From positions 68,112 to 132,111 of the forward strand of contig JBFWLW010000007.1 in NCBI GenBank assembly GCA_050251945.1: a stretch of 64,000 nt of DNA. The letters run 5' to 3'. The DNA comes from Deferribacterales bacterium (GTDB lineage: Bacteria; Chrysiogenota; Deferribacteres; Deferribacterales; Geovibrionaceae). A model generated the notes under the pieces. The model searched no databases and was not told the origin of the DNA. It saw nothing but the letters and a program-made list of their open reading frames with translations. Below are positions 1-9,853 of this stretch, piece by piece (the first letter of the stretch is position 1; every line of letters begins with the position of its first letter). Both the position numbers and the translations under genes were made by a program.

Positions 1-54
1 CAATTACATATACACAAATTTTATGAGAATGATATCAGAACGAGAGAAGATTAA
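1..54 (+). CDS. 3' end of an upstream gene (partial), translationally coupled to the methylase
   Basis: Frame 1 is open (QLHIHKFYENDIRTRED*) and its TAA overlaps the next ATG as TAATG. Confidence 0.5.
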   Translation, partial: QLHIHKFYENDIRTRED

Positions 55-875
55 TGATTAATAATAAAGATGTTTCTCCTTTTCTCCGTTGGGCAGGAGG
101 GAAGCGTTGGTTGGTATTCAATAATTCAAGTATATTTAATATAAATTACAAAAAATATATCGAACCTTTTTTAGGTAGTGCTTCTGTCTTCTTTTTTTGT
201 AATCCTATGCAATCAGTATTGTCTGACAAAAATAAAGATCTAATTGATGTTTACAGGGCAATAAAGCAAGATTGGAAAAAAGTTATTTCTCTATTAAATT
301 ATTATAATATAAAACATTCAAAAGATTTTTATTATACGGAAAGATCTGTTGATTACAAAGATTTGTTTTTAAAAGCGGCTCAATTTATTTATTTGAATCG
401 GACTTGCTGGAATGGTTTATATCGTGTTAATAATGCTGGAAAGTTTAATGTTCCTATTGGAACAAAACAAACAGTTATAACTAAAGGGGATAAGTTTGAG
501 CTTATTTCACAGCGTTTAGCCAACGCATTGCTGATTGATGGAGATTTTGAGAGTGTCATTGATAATGCAGAAGAAGACGATTTGATTTTCATTGATCCGC
601 CATATACTGTCAATCATAACAAAAATGGTTTTCTAAAATATAATGAAAAAATATTCAGTTGGCAGGATCAATTGAGATTATCAAATTGTGTTAAAAGAGC
701 AAAAGAAAGGGGGGTGAAAATTATTTTGACAAACGCCAACCATTCTTCAATTGTTGAGTTATATGAAGTAGGCTTTTCCTTGAGAGAAGTAAGCAGAGCA
801 AGTGTTTTGGCTGGCAATGCAAAATATCGTGGAAAAGTTACAGAGCTGATTATAACAGCTAATATCAATGTCTAG
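54..875 (+). CDS. Dam/D12-family N6-adenine DNA methyltransferase
   Basis: LRWAGGKR, YIEPFLGSASV (motif I), catalytic DPPY, YRVN..GKFNVP; visibly AT-rich. Confidence 0.93.
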   Translation: MINNKDVSPFLRWAGGKRWLVFNNSSIFNINYKKYIEPFLGSASVFFFCNPMQSVLSDKNKDLIDVYRAIKQDWKKVISLLNYYNIKHSKDFYYTERSVDYKDLFLKAAQFIYLNRTCWNGLYRVNNAGKFNVPIGTKQTVITKGDKFELISQRLANALLIDGDFESVIDNAEEDDLIFIDPPYTVNHNKNGFLKYNEKIFSWQDQLRLSNCVKRAKERGVKIILTNANHSSIVELYEVGFSLREVSRASVLAGNAKYRGKVTELIITANINV

Positions 876-879
876 CTTT

Positions 880-2055
880 TTACCGCTCCATCGTCACCAC
901 ACCGTCGGAAAAGTGAATATATTCCGGTATGAAAGTAACGGGTTTATCCGGTGTTTCGGGTATTAAGCCCTGATCTTCCAACGCATTTCTTACCTTCGCC
1001 GCGTTTGCGTAAAGTTCGTCATTTTCATTATTGGAAATGAACGTGATACTTCCGCTGCCGTCCTTCATAGTAACTGTCAGTTCTTTGTATCCTGTGTTTT
1101 CATTAACTGATTCAAGGATATCCACCTCGTCTTTGGAAATGCTTCGCATGTCTAGGATAGTGTCCTGATTTGCAATGTTCACTATGTCGTGTCCGTCGCC
1201 TTTTTCGTATTGAATGATGTTTGCGCTTCCGCTGTAATCATCAAGCCGCAAAGTTGATATCATATTTATTATGTCGTTGCCTGTGCCGCCTGAAATTATG
1301 CCTGCACCGTTTATTATATCGTTGCCTTCGTCGCCCTTAATGAGACCGGAACCCCTGATTATATCATCCCCGGTGCCGCCGGATATCGTTCCGTATCCGC
1401 TTATGGTGTCGTCTCCTTCACCTCCGCGTACAATACCGGAACCATTAATTATGTCGTCTCCGTCTCCGCCGTCGATAATTCCTGCGCCTCTTATTATGTC
1501 GTCGCCTGTACCTCCGTCAATAATGGACTGTTGGCTCCTCATGATTATTGTGTCATTGCCCTCTCCGCCATCTACATATGATTTCGGTGTATTATCATGC
1601 AAAGGCACTTCCCAAGGTTCCAGAACACGAAGATTAAAGCTCATATTATTGATGATTATCTCGTCGTTTCCGTCGCCGCCGTTTACCGTAACGTTCTTTG
1701 CATGAACAATATTTATAGTATCGTCTCCCTCGCCGCCGTCCACGGACGAGTTGCGGATGTTGGAGAGATAAAAGCCGTCGTCACCCTTACCGCCGTTCAG
1801 CTTTGAATCAATAAGGTCCTTTGCGCGTATCTCGTCGTTTCCGTCGCTGCCATCAACAACAATAGTTTCGTAATTTGCTTTCATCTTCTGCATTGCGGCT
1901 ATCTCAACCTTGTCCACAATCTCACGTACAGTGCGCATCATATCGGTTTCAATACCCACAGACTGCATCAGGTTGGCAGATATCTTCCTGTTGTTTGTCT
2001 GCTGGATTTCCGGTTGATTCACATGGTTGAAGATTTCAGAACCTGATATTTTCAT
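880..2055 (-). CDS. RTX/hemolysin-type calcium-binding repeat protein
   Basis: Many GGxGxDxI repeats; start moved to ATG 2055 (MKISGS), which has a GAGG RBS; no Sec signal. Confidence 0.85.
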   Translation of the reverse strand: MKISGSEIFNHVNQPEIQQTNNRKISANLMQSVGIETDMMRTVREIVDKVEIAAMQKMKANYETIVVDGSDGNDEIRAKDLIDSKLNGGKGDDGFYLSNIRNSSVDGGEGDDTINIVHAKNVTVNGGDGNDEIIINNMSFNLRVLEPWEVPLHDNTPKSYVDGGEGNDTIIMRSQQSIIDGGTGDDIIRGAGIIDGGDGDDIINGSGIVRGGEGDDTISGYGTISGGTGDDIIRGSGLIKGDEGNDIINGAGIISGGTGNDIINMISTLRLDDYSGSANIIQYEKGDGHDIVNIANQDTILDMRSISKDEVDILESVNENTGYKELTVTMKDGSGSITFISNNENDELYANAAKVRNALEDQGLIPETPDKPVTFIPEYIHFSDGVVTMER

Positions 2056-2096
2056 AGGAAGCCTCAATGTGTAGAAATTGTGAAGATATAATGGAT

Positions 2097-2123
2097 GTAT
2101 CGAACACATGTTGGTTTCCTTAA
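2097..2123 (-). promoter_or_regulatory. Sigma28 (FliA)-like promoter of the RTX gene
   Basis: TTAA-N15-TTCGATAC on the minus strand, versus consensus TAAA-N15-GCCGATAA. Confidence 0.5.
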
Positions 2124-2262
2124 GATAAATCAGTATGAGGACTGCAATCAATTATACAGTGTTACAGGTTTGGGAACGGTTGATATGTCAGGGTAAGAGC
2201 CGCGCGGTTTTTTGCTTCATAAGCGGGAGTTTAAGAATCTGATGAAATAATTAAAAATGTTG

Positions 2263-2291
2263 TTGACACACGGGGAAGATTCTAATATAAA
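2263..2291 (+). promoter_or_regulatory. Sigma70 promoter of tRNA-Gly
   Basis: TTGACA-17 bp-TATAAA ending 12 nt before the tRNA. Confidence 0.8.
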
Positions 2292-2303
2292 AATACCTCG
2301 CCC

Positions 2304-2376
2304 GCGGGTATAGCTCAGTTGGTAGAGCGCGACCTTGCCAAGGTTGAGGTCACCGGTTCGAGTCCGGCTACCCGCT
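2304..2376 (+). tRNA. tRNA-Gly (GCC), CCA not encoded
   Basis: Acceptor stem GCGGGTA/TACCCGC, D arm AGCTCAGTTGGTAGAGC, anticodon loop TTGCCAA, T loop TTCGAGT. Confidence 0.97.
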
Positions 2377-2381
2377 CTTTC

Positions 2382-2783
2382 TTAAAACCTGTCTTTATGG
2401 CAGGTTTTTTTTGTCTCATCTTCACAATCAAACGCATCTGCAATAGCTTTCACAACGTTATGGTGAATCGGTCTGTCTCTTTCTTTCATATGTCGATGGT
2501 TAATTATCAATCTTTTTATCTGATCGTTGAAATTGTCATTGTCAATTGTCGATATTTCTGGAAAAAAAGAAATGATAGAGCAATTAAGTGCGTGCGCAAT
2601 ACGTTCAAGACTGATTATTGTCAGGTTGCTTTTGCCGCATTCAATCTCAGATATTGTCGTTGTGTGCAGGTCTGCCATTTCTGCAAGCTTTTCCTGTGAA
2701 TACCCTTTGCGTTTTCTGAGCATTCTGACAGTCTCCCCGATTGACGTTAAAAGAGTTGAGTTTTGTATATTTTGTTTGCTCAT
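2382..2783 (-). CDS. XRE-family HTH transcriptional regulator
   Basis: IGETVRMLRKRKGYSQEKLAEMADLHTTTISEIECGKSN; start uncertain (2783 or 2837). Confidence 0.85.
   Translation of the reverse strand: MSKQNIQNSTLLTSIGETVRMLRKRKGYSQEKLAEMADLHTTTISEIECGKSNLTIISLERIAHALNCSIISFFPEISTIDNDNFNDQIKRLIINHRHMKERDRPIHHNVVKAIADAFDCEDETKKTCHKDRF
2384..2412 (+). terminator. Intrinsic terminator after the tRNA, overlapping the end of the convergent XRE gene
   Basis: AAAACCTGTC-tttat-GGCAGGTTTT followed by a T run. Confidence 0.75.
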
Positions 2784-3183
2784 GACACTATGTATAAGCG
2801 TTATCTGGGATATATCCAATAGGATAAAATAAGTCATATTTGGTTTGACATAGGCTTTAACCTATGATAATAACTTAATTACGCAAAATAATTCCCTATA
2901 CGTTTATAGACGTCGTATATCCGTTTTGAGTGCTTTGCGTTAGATATTTTACTAATAATTAATTATTTTTTACTGAAATATGTTGATATACGCTCATGTT
3001 TTTTATTGATATTTATATCATAACGTTGAGATAAAGTAAATCTTGTTTTGTTTAGCGGAGCAGGTTCACTTGGGGGTATTATATTTGCTATGTGTAAAAA
3101 AATGCTGACTATATTTTGTGTCTTATTATTTAACAGTAGATCAAAATGTATGCATTATGTGCATATGCTCTTAGGGGGTGCAT

Positions 3184-5034
3184 ATGTTGAAGAATGTGAA
3201 TCTTTCAAAAAAGCTGTTCATTGGTTTCGGTATTGTTTTGGCACTGCTCACGGTCATAAGCCTGCTGAGTTTCAACAGGATGTTGTTTATTTCCAAATTA
3301 GTTGAGAAAAGAGATATGTTTACGCATATTGAAAAACTCATATACGATGCTAGACTTAATCAGGTGAAATTTACCATTTTTAACGATGAACAATATATTG
3401 GTGTCGTTCAGAAAAATCTGAGTGACGCTGTTGAGGTTGCCCAGCTTGACCTCACAAAATACGCAACTTCCGACGATCTTGAAAAACTTAAAGAGATAAC
3501 AACCCGTATCAACGAATATAAGGACAGTTTTGACAAGTACGTCGGCGAGGCGCAAGAGCAGGAGAGGCTAAAAGAACAGTTAAATTCTTCTGCTGAAAAT
3601 GTTTTTGCTCTGGCAGACAAAATAGGCTCTGACGATATAATAAAAAATCTTCTGCAGATGCGGCTTTATGCGTTCCGCTATCTTATGTCTCAAAGTCAGG
3701 ATCTTTTCGACGGACAGCAGAAAAGCTATGCAAAGGTTTTAGCAATAGCGTCTGCAAACCCTATGTCGAATGATGCGTCAACTGACATTGGAAAACTTAC
3801 GGCATCGCTTAAAAGCTATGATCACGATTTTCATAACATTGCGGAAAGCCTTAAAAAGCGTTCCGGGTTTCAGACCTTAATGATGGAAAGCGCCATGGCG
3901 GCACAGAAGATATGCGGAGATGCGTCCGCACAGGAGCGCACAGCAATGGATTCGTCCATAAACGTAGCTCTTATGTTTGTCGGTGTGTTTTCGGTGATAG
4001 CGATTGTTTGCGGAATAATCATAGGTATTATCATTACAAAATCCGTAACGGTTCCAATGACAAAGGCTGTGAATTTTGCCAACACACTTTCGGACGGCGA
4101 TTTTACAGTTAAGCTGGACATCAACCAGAAGGACGAGATAGGTCAGTTTGCCAGCGCGCTTGAAAATATGAAGATAAAACTCCACGATGTAATAGAGGGT
4201 ATTGTGCATTCATCAAATACACTTGCTTCGGGCAGCACTGAGCTTGCAAGCACCACAGAGGAACTGGCAAGTACATTCACCGAGCAGACCGGACAGGTCA
4301 ACGGTGTCGCATCCGCAGTGGAGCAGATAAGCACTTCATCATCACAGGTTTTAAGCTCCATAAACGACGTGACTTCAAAGTCCGAGGCGGCGAGAAATCT
4401 TACGAATGAAGGAAAGGGATGCATAGACATGGCGAACCGTGTCATGGGTGACATACAGCAGAATGTCACCGCGCTTAGCCGGACTGTAGACGGGCTTTCG
4501 CAGTCATCAAAGGAGATAAGCAGTATTCTGCTTGTTATAAACGATATAGCCGACCAGACCAACCTGCTGGCGCTTAACGCGGCTATTGAAGCGGCGAGGG
4601 CAGGGGAACACGGCAGAGGTTTCGCCGTTGTTGCCGACGAGGTGAGGAAACTTGCCGAGCGCACACAGCAGTCCATATCGGAGATTGAAAGAATTATTTC
4701 GTCCTTCGTTGTTGAGACAAACAGAACAAACGAGGACATGCAGCTTGCGGGAACACGGGTGAACGAGGGCGTTGAGACGCTTGCCTCCACGGATAAGATA
4801 TTTGAAAAGATAGTCCGTGCGGTTGAGGAGATTAACAGCTCAAGCCTTATGATAACAACAGCCGTGCAGGAACAGACTTCTGCAATTAACAATATAAACG
4901 ACAATACGCAGGTGATATCATCAGGTCTCGAACAGAGTTCTGCGGCACTGACACAGGTGTCCGCCACAGTTGCCGACCTGCAGAAGCAGGCGGACGACCA
5001 GATGAGCGTAACAAAGATGTTCAGGATAAATTGA
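3184..5034 (+). CDS. Methyl-accepting chemotaxis protein
   Basis: Two TM helices, HAMP (DEIG), signalling tip [38 protein letters not shown]. Confidence 0.97.
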   Translation: MLKNVNLSKKLFIGFGIVLALLTVISLLSFNRMLFISKLVEKRDMFTHIEKLIYDARLNQVKFTIFNDEQYIGVVQKNLSDAVEVAQLDLTKYATSDDLEKLKEITTRINEYKDSFDKYVGEAQEQERLKEQLNSSAENVFALADKIGSDDIIKNLLQMRLYAFRYLMSQSQDLFDGQQKSYAKVLAIASANPMSNDASTDIGKLTASLKSYDHDFHNIAESLKKRSGFQTLMMESAMAAQKICGDASAQERTAMDSSINVALMFVGVFSVIAIVCGIIIGIIITKSVTVPMTKAVNFANTLSDGDFTVKLDINQKDEIGQFASALENMKIKLHDVIEGIVHSSNTLASGSTELASTTEELASTFTEQTGQVNGVASAVEQISTSSSQVLSSINDVTSKSEAARNLTNEGKGCIDMANRVMGDIQQNVTALSRTVDGLSQSSKEISSILLVINDIADQTNLLALNAAIEAARAGEHGRGFAVVADEVRKLAERTQQSISEIERIISSFVVETNRTNEDMQLAGTRVNEGVETLASTDKIFEKIVRAVEEINSSSLMITTAVQEQTSAINNINDNTQVISSGLEQSSAALTQVSATVADLQKQADDQMSVTKMFRIN

Positions 5035-5083
5035 GACTGTGCCTTATATTAAACACACAAAAATGGTACAGTTCTCCGGTGCG

Positions 5084-5108
5084 GACCCCGCTTCGGCGGG
5101 GTCTTTTT
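5084..5108 (+). terminator. Intrinsic terminator with UUCG tetraloop
   Basis: GACCCCGC-TTCG-GCGGGGTC-TTTTT. Confidence 0.85.
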
Positions 5109-5310
5109 ACTTAGACATTTTGCGCCGTTCCGTAACGGCTATTCCGCCGATACCCCAGTTGTCGGTTTCGACCTCGTCAATGACCACAACCGTTGTCTCA
5201 GGGTTCTTGTTCAGGACGTCCACAAGCATTTGAGTGGCGCGCTTAATAAGCTCGTCTTTCTGCTCTTTCGTCACGCCTTCTTTGGTTATCTTAATGTTTA
5301 CATACGGCAT
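5107..5310 (-). CDS. 4-oxalocrotonate tautomerase family protein
   Basis: N-terminal catalytic Pro (MPYVNIK), VVIDEV..DNWGIGG, GGAGG RBS. Confidence 0.93.
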   Translation of the reverse strand: MPYVNIKITKEGVTKEQKDELIKRATQMLVDVLNKNPETTVVVIDEVETDNWGIGGIAVTERRKMSK

Positions 5311-6446
5311 ACCGACCTCCGTCTGTTAAAATAGCATCCTGCCAATAATATCAATATCGCCGCGGCGCATAGAACCGACGCCGCCATAAGCGAGTATGAG
5401 AAATTCCCCGTCTTTTCCGCCGACCAGCCTGCCGCCGCTGGACCGATCATCTGACCCACGCTGAAAGCCACTGTGACAAGCCCTATGGCATATGCGGTGT
5501 GCGAGCCTGCAAGTTTTTTGGCGAAGCCCACCGTAAGCGCCACAATGCCCAGAAAAGTTGCACCGTACATACCCGCCGCAAGAAACAGTGCGGGTGCGGA
5601 GCCTGACATTGCGGGCAAAGCACAGCTTATCCCCAGAAAAACGTATGCGGGGATAAGGTTTTTCATAAACCCTGTGCGTCCGGCGTTAAGTGTGAAATAT
5701 ACGATGCCTGGTACGGCGCATAGACCTGTTATCATCCATGCCCAGTATCCGCTGAAACCTGCGCGCCCGATGATAAGCACCAGAAACGTGCCGGAAACGA
5801 TGTATGCGGTTCCCATGAGGAAATATGCGGCTGAAAGAAAATAGATGAACGGATGCATCGGCTCATCAGGTGCGGATGCCGCCTGTGCATGCGTGTGGCT
5901 CTCTGCAGGGCGAAACCAGCATAAGGGAGCCGTGAGCACCATGCCGATGAAAAAAACGACCCAAAGCCCCTTCCAGCCCATGTACTGACCGAAGACCAGC
6001 ACTGTGAATCCTGAAATGAGGATTCCGATGCCTATCCCCGTGTAGATAAGCCCAACGAAGCGAAGCTGTCCTTTCTTGGTCAGCGCCTCGGAAACAATGA
6101 CCGACATCAGCAGGAACATTCCGGCGCTTGCGAAGCCTGAAACCGTTCGCAGAACCGACCATGCATAGATATTCTGTGTGAGAGCGAAGAGACCGAGGGA
6201 TAGGGCGTTTATGAAATACATCACGGCAAACCATGTGTATTTGCGTCTGACGGGTTTAACCATAAAGAAGACGGAACCTGCGAGATAGCCCAGATAGTTA
6301 AGCGAGGCGATACCGCCCGCCTGTGCAACGGTGAGCACGCCGCTTTCCGTCATTATCTGAATCATGGGGGTGTAAGCAAATCGTGCGATGCCCATTGCCA
6401 TCGCCATGGACGCTATCCCCGCTGTTATTATGCGAATAAGTTCCAT
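5298..6446 (-). CDS. YbfB/YjiJ-family MFS transporter
   Basis: MGIARFAYTP, ASLNYLGYLAG, about 12 TM helices. Confidence 0.9.
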   Translation of the reverse strand: MELIRIITAGIASMAMAMGIARFAYTPMIQIMTESGVLTVAQAGGIASLNYLGYLAGSVFFMVKPVRRKYTWFAVMYFINALSLGLFALTQNIYAWSVLRTVSGFASAGMFLLMSVIVSEALTKKGQLRFVGLIYTGIGIGILISGFTVLVFGQYMGWKGLWVVFFIGMVLTAPLCWFRPAESHTHAQAASAPDEPMHPFIYFLSAAYFLMGTAYIVSGTFLVLIIGRAGFSGYWAWMITGLCAVPGIVYFTLNAGRTGFMKNLIPAYVFLGISCALPAMSGSAPALFLAAGMYGATFLGIVALTVGFAKKLAGSHTAYAIGLVTVAFSVGQMIGPAAAGWSAEKTGNFSYSLMAASVLCAAAILILLAGCYFNRRRSVCRM

Positions 6447-6550
6447 ATTCAATTATACGGGAAACTGGAAATAATGGAAGAAATTTTGAAATTGAATTTG
6501 TATGCAAAATAAAAATAATATAAACTAAATAGAAACTAGAGGGATAATGT

Positions 6551-9106
6551 ATGGGACATAAAATTTTAAGTGAATTAAAAAATAAAAAAAGAAGTGTAAA
6601 TGATTTAGCTCGTTTTATCAAAACTCGTACTGATGATAATCCAAACTATAGTATTCTTTTAGGTGCAGGTTGTTCGGTTAGTTCAGGTATCAACCCTGCC
6701 AGCAATTTAATATCAAGCTGGAGGAGTGATATTTATTTGGAATTAAGTCTGGCAAATAAATATTTTGAGGTTGATGCTATTAAATATTTGCAAGAAAATG
6801 AATCTAGTTGGTACGATAAAAGATATGAATATTCATCATTGTTTGAAAAAAAATATGATTTACCTCGCCAGCGAAGAATGTTCATTGAATCTCAAGTTGA
6901 AGATAAAGCACCTGCTTTAGGTTATGCTTACTTAATAAGTTTAGTTGATTCAGGTTATTTTAAGACACTTTTTACAACAAATTTCGATGATTTAATTAAT
7001 GAAGCATTTTATAAGTTTTCTGACAAACGACCAATTGTTTGTGCTCATGATTCATCAGTAAATAGTATTACTGTTACATCTTCGAGACCTAAAGTTATTA
7101 AACTTCATGGTGATTATCTATTTGATGATATAAAGAGTACTGTTCGTGAAACTGAATCATTAGAAGAAAATATGAAAAATAAATTTACAGAGTTCTGTAA
7201 AGATTATGGATTGATTATTATTGGTTATAGTGGGAATGATCGTTCAATAATGGATGTATTGCAGTATTTATTGAAGCAGGATGAATATTTCAAACACGGT
7301 ATATATTGGTGCTTTCGTGAAAATGACGAAATAAATGAAGATGTGCGTAAATTATTGTGGAAAGAAAAAGTTTATTATGTAGAAATTGATGGGTTCGATG
7401 AATTAATGGCTGAATTACATAGTTTGTTAAAACCAAAAATCTTACCAATTGATACAAGTATGCTCTCTGATAAATCAACAAAAATGATACAAGTGTTGTC
7501 TGCTAATGAACAATTGTTAGCTTCTGGTTCGAGAATAATAAAAGAAGATATTAAAAAATTAAAAGCTCTAAATGTTGATAGGGCTTTTAGTGACATTATA
7601 GCGATTTTTTCAGATAACGAATCTGAAACATCTTATAAAAGGCAAAATAAAGTTGGAAAGATGAGTGCTTTCAGATTATTTAAAATTCAAGAAAAGATTA
7701 GTAGTGGATTTTACGATGACGCATTATCAGAAATCGACAACGAATTGACAAAAGCTGGGAATGACAGACAGTTTATAAAAGAGCTGAATGTGCAAAAAGC
7801 TAAATGTTTTAATCTTATGGGGAAGAGTGATGAAGCGATTAAATGTTATAATTCGTTGATAAGTTCTGATAAGAATGATGTTTCAAATTACTTGTCAATT
7901 ATTAACCTTAAAGATAATATTTTAGATAAGAGGGATTATATTGATAGGCTAATAGAGGTTGCTCCATACAATGCAAATGCATATGAAATTAAGGCAACAA
8001 TCGAAGATGAAATAAGAGAAGATACTTTTTTTGATACGAAACTAAATGAAGAACAGATTATCGCTCTATATGATAGAAGTTTAGAAATAGAACCCTCTTT
8101 GGACAACATTTCTTGGGAAAAGAAATATTTTATTTTAGAAAAACATGAAAATAAGAATTCTGAAAAACTTAAAGAATACATTGAGGATATGAAAAAAAAG
8201 AATCCTTACCACATAAGTGTCATAATTTTAAATTTGAATTTATTGAAAAAGAATGAAGCAAACTTTTTTGATATTTCTGATTATGTCAAAAATGTTATCA
8301 AATATCACAAATATATAGACCAGTATTATATTTATCTAAAGTTTTCCGAACTCCTTTTGTCAATTAATAAAGAAAATGAAGTGTTTCGCATTTTAACATA
8401 TATTGAAGAGAATTTTGATTTAGATGATAGTTACTATTTACTTAACGCTAGAGCTATTTTTAATGTAAGAGGAGATATATACGATGCGGAAGTGCAATTT
8501 AAAAGAGCAATAGAATATAATAATTCTTTAAATAATAATCGAATGTTGCTAGAATTTTATTTTAATATTGATGCGCTCAAGAAAATAGAAGAGTTATTAG
8601 CATCTAACCCAAAACTATTGGATGAGGCTGTAAAGTATGATTTAGCAATGTTGAAAACTGAATACGATGAAGCAATTAAGATAGTTGATTCGTTAATTAT
8701 TAAATTTCCATACGATTTAAGTTATGTCATAAAGAAATCATACACATTATTGAAAGCAGAAAAATACAAAGAAACTGAAGAATATTTGAAGCCATATATC
8801 AATAATTCATCGATTAAAGAAATAGGTGTTTTTGTAAACTACTCCTATGCTAAAAAGAAGCAAAGTGATTCATATAATAAAAAGAGAGTTGAGATGGAAA
8901 TCACTAATCACTCTGAGTATGATACTAAGGCTGCACTTTACGCATTATTAGACAGGCGAAGTGATGCAATTGACATGTTAGAAAAACTTTATTTAAATAA
9001 ACCATTTACAATATGTTACAATGCATTTGATTGGGTTATATTTAAGGATTATATATCTGATAAACGATTTGTTGAGTTAAAAAATAAACTAAAATATTTT
9101 GATTAA
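6551..9106 (+). CDS. SIR2-domain protein with long TPR-like C-terminus; putative anti-phage NADase
   Basis: LLGAGCS, TTNFDDL, KLHGD, IIGYSGND; helical TPR-like repeats; strongly AT-rich relative to flanks. Confidence 0.88.
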   Translation: MGHKILSELKNKKRSVNDLARFIKTRTDDNPNYSILLGAGCSVSSGINPASNLISSWRSDIYLELSLANKYFEVDAIKYLQENESSWYDKRYEYSSLFEKKYDLPRQRRMFIESQVEDKAPALGYAYLISLVDSGYFKTLFTTNFDDLINEAFYKFSDKRPIVCAHDSSVNSITVTSSRPKVIKLHGDYLFDDIKSTVRETESLEENMKNKFTEFCKDYGLIIIGYSGNDRSIMDVLQYLLKQDEYFKHGIYWCFRENDEINEDVRKLLWKEKVYYVEIDGFDELMAELHSLLKPKILPIDTSMLSDKSTKMIQVLSANEQLLASGSRIIKEDIKKLKALNVDRAFSDIIAIFSDNESETSYKRQNKVGKMSAFRLFKIQEKISSGFYDDALSEIDNELTKAGNDRQFIKELNVQKAKCFNLMGKSDEAIKCYNSLISSDKNDVSNYLSIINLKDNILDKRDYIDRLIEVAPYNANAYEIKATIEDEIREDTFFDTKLNEEQIIALYDRSLEIEPSLDNISWEKKYFILEKHENKNSEKLKEYIEDMKKKNPYHISVIILNLNLLKKNEANFFDISDYVKNVIKYHKYIDQYYIYLKFSELLLSINKENEVFRILTYIEENFDLDDSYYLLNARAIFNVRGDIYDAEVQFKRAIEYNNSLNNNRMLLEFYFNIDALKKIEELLASNPKLLDEAVKYDLAMLKTEYDEAIKIVDSLIIKFPYDLSYVIKKSYTLLKAEKYKETEEYLKPYINNSSIKEIGVFVNYSYAKKKQSDSYNKKRVEMEITNHSEYDTKAALYALLDRRSDAIDMLEKLYLNKPFTICYNAFDWVIFKDYISDKRFVELKNKLKYFD

Positions 9107-9109
9107 TTT

Positions 9110-9853
9110 CTAATACCAAAGACACCCGAAACAGCCGTTGAACTGCGGGTTTTTGATAACCTGAATTTCGCTCTCCGCCATACCGGAAAGCAGACGGATA
9201 AGTCCTCTGTTTTCCGCGACGCCGCCCGCCGCATAAAGCTTTTTGTGGCGGTATTTGCGTATCAGCGGGAACAGCCTTCTGGCGATGCTTTCGTTCACTC
9301 CCGCGCCTATCTGCTCTGTCGGTACGCCTTCGGCTATTTTGCCCACGAGTTCGCTTTCGGAGAATACTGCACAGGTGGAGTTCAGCTTAACGGGGTTTTC
9401 TGTCATGCCCGACAGTTCATCAAGCGTGATGTCCAGTATGCGGCATGCGTTCTCAAGGAATCTTCCGGTGCTGGCGGCGCATTTGTCGTTCATAACGAAA
9501 TCTTCAATATAGCCGTCTTTCACATAGATGACCTTGCTGTCCTGCCCGCCCACGTCCACAAGGATGAACTCATCCTCGCCTGTTGCGCGCAGAGCGCCCT
9601 GATAGTGTGCCTTTATCTCGGAGACCACGTTTGCGTTTGCGAAGCTCAGCATGTTCCGTCCGTATCCGGTGGCGGTTATGACAGTGTTGTCGTCCGCTCC
9701 GTATGCCGAAAGGTCGATGTTGACAGTTCCGTTTTCACGTTTTACGCGGTTTTTATAGAAAAACACCGTGTCTTCACGGTGAAATTGGATGTTTTCATTG
9801 TCTTGTACTGCAATTTTTACGAATCTGCTGCCAAGGTCTATGCCGAGTTTCAT
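9110..9853 (-). CDS. Acyl-CoA dehydratase activator (HgdC/BadF-BadG ASKHA ATPase, 4Fe-4S)
   Basis: GIDLGSR, TGYGR, DVGGQDSK, MNDKCAASTGRFLE, STCAVFSESE. Confidence 0.93.
   Translation of the reverse strand: MKLGIDLGSRFVKIAVQDNENIQFHREDTVFFYKNRVKRENGTVNIDLSAYGADDNTVITATGYGRNMLSFANANVVSEIKAHYQGALRATGEDEFILVDVGGQDSKVIYVKDGYIEDFVMNDKCAASTGRFLENACRILDITLDELSGMTENPVKLNSTCAVFSESELVGKIAEGVPTEQIGAGVNESIARRLFPLIRKYRHKKLYAAGGVAENRGLIRLLSGMAESEIQVIKNPQFNGCFGCLWY

Noticed and set aside
1250..1800. Periodic nucleotide repeats resembling an array
   Set aside because: They encode GGxGxD protein repeats; there is no constant repeat-spacer structure, so not CRISPR
2319..2699. 126-aa plus-strand ORF
   Set aside because: Starts inside the tRNA and is antisense to the XRE gene
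2304..3180. tRNA-Gly as an integration site, given the adjacent XRE gene and AT-rich DNA
   Set aside because: No integrase and no duplicated tRNA 3' end seen in the window
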